IMG/VR virus record: IMGVR_UViG_3300037608_000244
Coordinates: 1-39,466 of that record
Length of the DNA: 39,466 nt
DNA from: a virus
Taxonomy: Duplodnaviria > Caudoviricetes
Direction: 5' to 3' (one strand)
Program-made: the position numbers and the translations under genes
Shown: one piece after another, positions 34,046 to 39,466 of the stretch
Numbering within the stretch: position 1 is the first letter of the stretch
Layout: each line of letters starts with the position of its first letter
The notes under the pieces: generated by a model
What the model was told of the DNA's origin: nothing
What the model saw: only the letters and a program-made list of their open reading frames with translations
The model's database searches: none

Positions 34046-35284
34046 ATGGAATTTACAATTAATGCTGAATATTTGAAAGGGAAAGTTGACCTGCTCAAAG
34101 GGATTACAAAGGTCAAGTCTTTGATGCCGGTTACCCGCAATGTCCTCATGACTCTGGCCGGTCAGGGCGGGACGATCCGGGCGACGGATCTGGAAGTGAG
34201 CGCCATAACGGAACTGCGCTCGGAATATGATGGTCCGGAACCGAAACAGATCATGGTTAATGGGGGCGTCCTTTCGGGTATTCTTGAGGGATTTGCCAAA
34301 AAAGATGTAAACATTACGCAACCCGAAGAAGATAAAGGCACCCTGGTAATCCGATACAACAAAACCGAGATCGGTCTCGCCATGCAGAATCCGGAAGACT
34401 TCCCGGAAGTGAAAGCCCTTGACGGTGACGTTGCTTTATCCGTGCCGGGTGTGGACATCATGCGAGGTATAAACAAGGTCCTGTACGCGGTAAGTGCTGA
34501 CGAAAGCAGGTACACGCTCACCGGCATCCTGATCGAGATCAAAGGCGGGCAGTTCCGGATGTGCGCGACTGACGGTTTCCGGGTGGCGCTCTATAAGAAG
34601 GATATACGGGACGGCGCAACTCCCACGCCTCAGATACTTGTGCCCGGCAGGAATATAAAGATGCTCAAAGAGACAATCGACGACAAGGACGATGTTGACG
34701 TTGTCATTGACGCGAAACATGCCCAGTTCATGACGCCGGTTGTGACGCTTATATTCCGGACCATCGAAGGGGCATTCCCTGATTATGAGAGTCTCATACC
34801 CTCAAACCATGATCATATGATCTTTATCCGGCGTGTCGCGCTTCTTGATTCCCTGAAGCATGTCGCCCCGCTTACAAAGAAAGACGACAACGTGGTTTTC
34901 CTGAACCGGGATTTCTCCGGCGGGCTCACAATATCCGTTGAGACCTCAGCGGGCTATGCCGTGGACACAATAGATTGTGAGTACAAGAGTCAGGCCCCCT
35001 TCCAGCAGGCATTCAACCTGAAATTCATCCTTGACGCGATAGAGCATATGGATGCTGACCAGATCAGTATTACATACCCTGAGGGCTTCGGCGCGGCAGT
35101 ATTTGAGGAACCGGGTTACACCTGCCTTGTTATGCCGATCAGGGGCATGGAAACACCGATCATTGCAAGGAAAACCAGAATACCGGATACATCTTTGGCA
35201 AGTCCGGGTGAGGATCGCGCAGAAAGCACGGAAAAGAAACTGAAATTTCACAAAACAAACAAAGGGAATAAAGCCGATGAATAA
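34046..35284 (+). CDS. dnaN: DNA polymerase III beta sliding clamp (phage-encoded)
   Basis: ATDLE, DFPE, ESRY.L.GI, ATDGFR, IEG.FPDY, AFN.KFILDA, LVMPIR motifs; AAGGAG RBS before ATG 34046. Confidence 0.93.
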   Translation: MEFTINAEYLKGKVDLLKGITKVKSLMPVTRNVLMTLAGQGGTIRATDLEVSAITELRSEYDGPEPKQIMVNGGVLSGILEGFAKKDVNITQPEEDKGTLVIRYNKTEIGLAMQNPEDFPEVKALDGDVALSVPGVDIMRGINKVLYAVSADESRYTLTGILIEIKGGQFRMCATDGFRVALYKKDIRDGATPTPQILVPGRNIKMLKETIDDKDDVDVVIDAKHAQFMTPVVTLIFRTIEGAFPDYESLIPSNHDHMIFIRRVALLDSLKHVAPLTKKDDNVVFLNRDFSGGLTISVETSAGYAVDTIDCEYKSQAPFQQAFNLKFILDAIEHMDADQISITYPEGFGAAVFEEPGYTCLVMPIRGMETPIIARKTRIPDTSLASPGEDRAESTEKKLKFHKTNKGNKADE

Positions 35285-35492
35285 GAGAATTGTTATAAAC
35301 ATCCCTGCTTCTCATAATAACACCCCCAACTCTCCGGACGGTGACTCATCCCGCCGTCCGGAACTTAATAAACTTGATGTCACTATACAACTTGCTCACA
35401 TCTTCGATATAACGTATGCCGAAGCTATATCAGCACAGAACGACCTTGATAAAGCTGGCCTTGAAATTAAATGGAAGGCGGTAAGCCTATGA
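35277..35492 (+). CDS. Hypothetical protein
   Basis: Overlaps neighbours in the operon. Confidence 0.5.
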   Translation: MNKRIVINIPASHNNTPNSPDGDSSRRPELNKLDVTIQLAHIFDITYAEAISAQNDLDKAGLEIKWKAVSL

Positions 35493-35632
35493 GCGGGAAT
35501 AGCGCACTGATACAGGTTTTAAAAGATCAGCTTCAACGGGAACATGACCGTATTGATCGAGCGGAAAAGGAAATTATTAAAATTAAGCTGGATCTCCTTG
35601 AATTAGGAGTTGAACTGCCTTTAGGAGAATAA
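35489..35632 (+). CDS. 47-aa coiled-coil ORF, not in the supplied track
   Basis: ATGA overlap upstream; stop abuts the next ATG; MSGNSALIQVLKDQLQREHDRIDRAEKEIIKIKLDLLELGVELPLGE. Confidence 0.6.
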   Translation: MSGNSALIQVLKDQLQREHDRIDRAEKEIIKIKLDLLELGVELPLGE

Positions 35633-36265
35633 ATGTTGAATCAGGGAAGTGTTTCTTGCAGCACCCCACCAATCCCCGGAGGTTTTGTCCTCCCTCCTCC
35701 GGGGAAACTAATCCTTGTATGCGCGAAGTGCGACAGCGGGAATATTGTTGATGACTATGACACTATTAACCGCATAAACGAAAAAAAATGCCTGTCTTGC
35801 GGCAGCAGGAAGGTAAAAGAAGTGGCGCCCGAGCAAAAAGAGGCTGAGCCCGCTAAAGTTTTAGAAATTGATGAGAAAGTCCAACAAAAAAAAGCGGAGG
35901 TAACTGATATGGCAGATAAGAAAAAATGTACTAACTGTAATGAGAAATATGCGCACATTGAAGGGCTTTGCGATAAATGCTTCCATAAAATAAAAGGGTA
36001 TATCTATAAGCCGAAGAAAAATATCGGGAGGCATACTGCAGCCGCCCCGGATATAGAAAATAAATCAACCGAAAACGCGCCTGACCAAACGGTAAATGAA
36101 GTTCATCATATACTTAAAAAGCCTCCAGCTTTTCCGCTTATTTTAACCGTAGACTTCTCGGAACATCCAGATTTACTCGAGCAATTACAACCTTTAGCAA
36201 AAAATGATTTTCGTTCGCCCGAGGAAGAAATGCTGTTTATGTTTTCAACTTGGGTACATAAATAG
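35633..36265 (+). CDS. Multi-zinc-finger hypothetical protein, possible C-terminal ribbon-helix-helix
   Basis: Four CxxC motifs; C-terminal LTVDF....LLEQL...A....RS....M pattern. Confidence 0.6.
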   Translation: MLNQGSVSCSTPPIPGGFVLPPPGKLILVCAKCDSGNIVDDYDTINRINEKKCLSCGSRKVKEVAPEQKEAEPAKVLEIDEKVQQKKAEVTDMADKKKCTNCNEKYAHIEGLCDKCFHKIKGYIYKPKKNIGRHTAAAPDIENKSTENAPDQTVNEVHHILKKPPAFPLILTVDFSEHPDLLEQLQPLAKNDFRSPEEEMLFMFSTWVHK

Positions 36266-36275
36266 AGGCCACATC

Positions 36276-36464
36276 ATGAATGAACTTGAACTGAAGGAAA
36301 TCCGGGAAATTAATCACATCGGCGACAAAACGGTATGCGAAGTAATTGCATATCAAGGGACTGAAGTATTTGCAATCAAGTTTAAATTCAGAAGCATTTA
36401 TGACAATCAGTTTGCCAGGCTTTTTCAGCATGTAATCCCGGTAAAGGAGCAATCGAGGACATGA
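36276..36464 (+). CDS. Hypothetical protein
   Basis: GAGG RBS before ATG 36276; ATGA overlap with the next gene. Confidence 0.55.
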   Translation: MNELELKEIREINHIGDKTVCEVIAYQGTEVFAIKFKFRSIYDNQFARLFQHVIPVKEQSRT

Positions 36465-37249
36465 GTATAAAAAAGGAAAAAACCGGCACTCGGGAATGGT
36501 CGGAACATTCATTGAATCTGTTTTACGGCTGCAGGCATGACTGTAAATACTGCTATGCAAGGGAAATGGCGTTGCGCTTTAAATGGATTAAAGTGTCTGA
36601 AAACTGGCGGACAATGCAGTGGATCACTTTTAAGGTATTAAAGAAAACACCGAAAAAACTTCCAGGGCGCATTATGTTTCCGACTATGCATGATATCTTT
36701 CCTGAGGGCATAGATATAACAATAGCTTTTTTACGCCCCTGGCTTGAAGCAGGCAATAAAATACTTCTGGTTACAAAACCTCATTTTGAAGTTGTCACGG
36801 CCCTTTGTAAGGAATTTGCAAGCTGCAAAAAACAAATCACCTGGAGATTCACAATCGGCTCTATGGATGATGAAGCCCTTAAATTCTGGGAGCCGGGCGC
36901 TCCAACATTATGTGACCGCCTGAACAGTCTTGAATTTGCTTACAAGTCAGGTTTTAAAACTTCCGTATCCTGCGAACCATATCTTGATGATTCAATCATC
37001 GACCTGGTAAAAAATGTTAATCCTTTCGTCACTGATACAATCTGGATCGGCAAGATGAACAATATCAAGCGCCGGGTTGATATGTCAACCTGGGCTCCGA
37101 ATGATTTCATGTTTCTCCGGGAACTCCGGAACTGCCAGACAGATGATTTCATTCGCAATCTTTATAATGAGCTGAAGGACTCCCCGAAGATCCGCTGGAA
37201 GGATAGTATCCGGCAAGTTCTTGGACTGCCGGAAGAGGTGCAGGCATGA
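36461..37249 (+). CDS. Radical SAM protein (DUF5131/gp37-gp68 or SplB-like)
   Basis: GCRHDCKYCYA CxxxCxxC motif; LLVTK, WEPGAP...R, SVSCEP. Confidence 0.85.
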   Translation: MSIKKEKTGTREWSEHSLNLFYGCRHDCKYCYAREMALRFKWIKVSENWRTMQWITFKVLKKTPKKLPGRIMFPTMHDIFPEGIDITIAFLRPWLEAGNKILLVTKPHFEVVTALCKEFASCKKQITWRFTIGSMDDEALKFWEPGAPTLCDRLNSLEFAYKSGFKTSVSCEPYLDDSIIDLVKNVNPFVTDTIWIGKMNNIKRRVDMSTWAPNDFMFLRELRNCQTDDFIRNLYNELKDSPKIRWKDSIRQVLGLPEEVQA

Positions 37250-37470
37250 TCCTCTTTGACGGCAGCCATCTTGTAAGCGATCAATCCATCGACGAGCTGC
37301 ACCGCTTTGCCAACAGCCGCAGAATAGGATTAAAACGGGAATGGTTTCAGGATCACCGCTATCCTCATTATGATGTCCTGGGCTGCAAAGTGGAAGCGGT
37401 CCAGAAGACTCTTTCTCCGGAGCGTCTTATCAACACGACAGAACTTGTTAAACGAGCGGTAAGGGAATGA
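37246..37470 (+). CDS. DUF4031-like protein
   Basis: HLVSD..ELH.FA..IGL.R.WFQ....PHYD motif. Confidence 0.8.
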   Translation: MILFDGSHLVSDQSIDELHRFANSRRIGLKREWFQDHRYPHYDVLGCKVEAVQKTLSPERLINTTELVKRAVRE

Positions 37471-37760
37471 TAATGCAAAGAACTATCCATAAACACCGGT
37501 CAAAGCCTTCACTGCCCGAGCAGGATGCAATAAGCGCAATCCCCAGGGTATTAGCGGACTCCACCGGAACACCGACACATGTCTGGATAATGAAATGCGA
37601 GGGCTATCGCCCCATTCTGGGACTCAATATATTTTATCTCGGCAATCTGCTCAAAAAGCTCGAAGCCGCCGGCAAGCGGGACTCAAAGTTATGGATCGTA
37701 GTCGACGCCGAAATTAAGCGACAGAGTGAAGGAGTTAGTGTATCCGGGGGTGAGGTATGA
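37467..37760 (+). CDS. Hypothetical protein
   Basis: ATGA overlaps at both ends. Confidence 0.55.
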   Translation: MIMQRTIHKHRSKPSLPEQDAISAIPRVLADSTGTPTHVWIMKCEGYRPILGLNIFYLGNLLKKLEAAGKRDSKLWIVVDAEIKRQSEGVSVSGGEV

Positions 37761-38026
37761 TGTGTTATTCAGAGGCAAATTCCTGCCGGGCTTCTTGCAA
37801 TATAACTTGTGCTACAGATCATGACTGTAACAATTGTCGGCAACGATTTGGAATAACTATAATTTATGTTATACGTCCGAACCGTAATATTGATGATTTA
37901 TCGGTATTCGAGCGGCCGAAGCAAGTCTATGAAAAACCAAAAAATGATAAAATACCGGATCGTGTTTTTGTCCCTGCTGTAATCAACAGAAGACTCTCAC
38001 AACTGAGGAGGATGCATGACCGATAA
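37757..38026 (+). CDS. Cys-rich hypothetical protein
   Basis: GAGG RBS; ATGA overlap. Confidence 0.5.
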   Translation: MMCYSEANSCRASCNITCATDHDCNNCRQRFGITIIYVIRPNRNIDDLSVFERPKQVYEKPKNDKIPDRVFVPAVINRRLSQLRRMHDR

Positions 38027-38058
38027 TAACCTGCATATGATCGGGGGAAATATATTTT

Positions 38059-38199
38059 ATGAACGTTCTCCACAATAATAAACCTGTCTATTTTGTATGG
38101 TGGCCATTTTATGCATTCCTATTATTTGCGTTGATTATCCTTGCCATGTTTACAAGGGCTATCGAGGCAGTATTAACGTTTATGGAAATAGATGAATAA
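38059..38199 (+). CDS. 46-aa small membrane protein, not in the supplied track
   Basis: MNVLHNNKPVYFVWWPFYAFLLFALIILAMFTRAIEAVLTFMEIDE; GGGGGA upstream. Confidence 0.4.
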   Translation: MNVLHNNKPVYFVWWPFYAFLLFALIILAMFTRAIEAVLTFMEIDE

Positions 38200-38218
38200 A
38201 ACAGTCCGGAAGGCAAGC

Positions 38219-38247
38219 TTGACACATAAAAAACCCTCACGTATGAT
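38219..38247 (+). promoter_or_regulatory. Sigma70-type promoter for the integrase
   Basis: TTGACA (38219-38224), 17 nt, TATGAT (38242-38247); AGGAGG RBS before ATG 38282. Confidence 0.75.
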
Positions 38248-38281
38248 ATCTCAGGATGATTTAAAGAGAGGAGGTATCATT

Positions 38282-39466
38282 ATGACAGGGGTAATTTTGT
38301 GTAATAAGTGCCGCAAAAAGATGGATGGGGTTTGTGAGTGCGGTAATTACAAGTGCCTTATCTGTGTTTATTGGGGCGGGAAACACTACGAATACCGCCG
38401 GGATGAACAGGGGTATGTATTTACCTATGACAAGGCAAAAGACAGGCTTATAGAGATATCAAATGCAATCAAAAAAGGTATTTTTAAACCGGTTGACTTT
38501 ACTGATGCACGAATTGCTGAAAGAAAGTTTGAAAACCAGATTGATAAGTGGCTTGATGGCAAGATAAATCAAGAGAAAATGGGTGAACTTAGCCCTGGAA
38601 CAACTCGAAATTATGCATCTTATACGCGGCACCGTTTTACTTTTTTTGAAGGCATTGATGTTAAAGATATAACCCGAGAGCACCTTGAGAATTTTAAAGA
38701 TACACTTGGTGGAATCAGCATTAAGACCCGTAAAAATATTCTCAATGCTTTACGGAATTTCTTTTTCTGGCTCAAAGAACGGGAAACGATTAATGTTATG
38801 CCCCGTTTTCCTATGGTAAAAGGTGATGACAGCAAGACCGTCCTGACAATCGATTATGAATTGCAGGCCGAAGTTTTACAGCATATCCCGGAGATGCACA
38901 GAGACCCCATAGAATTTATGATGGAGACCGGTTTACGGCCCGGTGAAGTCTGCGCGTTGCTTGTGGAGCATGTCGATCTGAGAAACGGCACTGCCCGGAT
39001 TGAGCGGACCTATGTGTCCGGAAACAAAATTCGTGAGACTTCAAAACAAAAGCGCAAACGCATAATTCCCTTGTCTGACCGGGCTCTTGAAATTGCCGGG
39101 CGGCACATCGATTCTAAGCTGCCGAAACAATTTTTATTTATTAACGCAAAAACCGGCAAAGGATATTTTCCGAATGCGCTCTGGTTTCAATGGTCGCAAC
39201 ATTCAGGCTTGCCAGGCGTAAGCCTCTACGGCGCAACACGCCACAGTTTCGCGACCCAACTCATACAGCATAATGATGTAACAGTGGTAAAGGAATTAAT
39301 GGGTCATTCTGACATCCGGACTACCCAGAAATATGTTCATATGAGAATGACAAAATTGTCTGATGTTGTAAATAACCGGCATATTATAAAACTGGCAAGC
39401 CGGGTAGAAAACAGAAGCGAAACAGAAGCGGCTTTAAGCGGTAGTACATCTAATAATATTAAGTAG
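38282..39466 (+). CDS. int: Tyrosine integrase with N-terminal Cys cluster
   Basis: TGLRPGE, YGATRHSFAT, MGHSDIRTTQKY catalytic motifs; CNKC..CECG N-terminus. Confidence 0.93.
   Translation: MTGVILCNKCRKKMDGVCECGNYKCLICVYWGGKHYEYRRDEQGYVFTYDKAKDRLIEISNAIKKGIFKPVDFTDARIAERKFENQIDKWLDGKINQEKMGELSPGTTRNYASYTRHRFTFFEGIDVKDITREHLENFKDTLGGISIKTRKNILNALRNFFFWLKERETINVMPRFPMVKGDDSKTVLTIDYELQAEVLQHIPEMHRDPIEFMMETGLRPGEVCALLVEHVDLRNGTARIERTYVSGNKIRETSKQKRKRIIPLSDRALEIAGRHIDSKLPKQFLFINAKTGKGYFPNALWFQWSQHSGLPGVSLYGATRHSFATQLIQHNDVTVVKELMGHSDIRTTQKYVHMRMTKLSDVVNNRHIIKLASRVENRSETEAALSGSTSNNIK
39409..39430. repeat. 11-bp tandem repeat, possible arm-type integrase sites
   Basis: AAACAGAAGCG x2 in the 3' end of int. 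Confidence 0.55.

Larger units (their letters stand above)
1..39466. mobile_element. Temperate siphovirus-like phage / prophage, near-complete
   Basis: Contains replication, packaging, head, lysis, tail, repressor and integrase modules and no clear host housekeeping operon. att sites are not visible because the window is cut at gene boundaries. Confidence 0.95.

Noticed and set aside
38192-38281. Upstream start for the integrase
   Set aside because: The segment contains the predicted promoter, and a strong RBS points to ATG 38282.

Overview
The window is most or all of a ~39.5 kb temperate, long-tailed (siphovirus-like) phage or prophage. It runs from the start of a replication initiator gene (1) to the stop of a tyrosine integrase (39466). 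Gene order: initiator with internal iterons; cos-like site; lambda-type packaging module with an interrupted ParB gene; an antisense DUF3800 moron; head module (gpW, lambda portal, S49 protease, scaffold, decoration protein, Mu gpT-type capsid); an Mtd-like protein; HNH gene; lysis genes; tail; leftward repressor operon; rightward early operon (CII-like protein, beta clamp, radical SAM, DUF4031, integrase). Most notable observations: (1) a DUF3800 gene with a convergent, independently promoted ~75 nt structured RNA and two NrdR-box-like sites 31 bp apart, a candidate dNTP-sensing protein-RNA defence or toxin-antitoxin unit; (2) an O-antigen-ligase/O-oligosaccharyltransferase gene tightly coupled inside the capsid operon; (3) a stand-alone PAS protein translationally coupled to a repressor lacking the SOS peptidase domain; (4) a Xis/BldC-like HTH protein whose C-terminus copies the terminase C-terminus, with 9-bp tandem repeats ahead of the head operon; (5) an orphan DGR target whose TR/RT appears replaced by an HNH gene; (6) an integrase position implying that integration separates the early operon from the replication gene. 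All family calls come from motif recognition by eye; no database searches were run.
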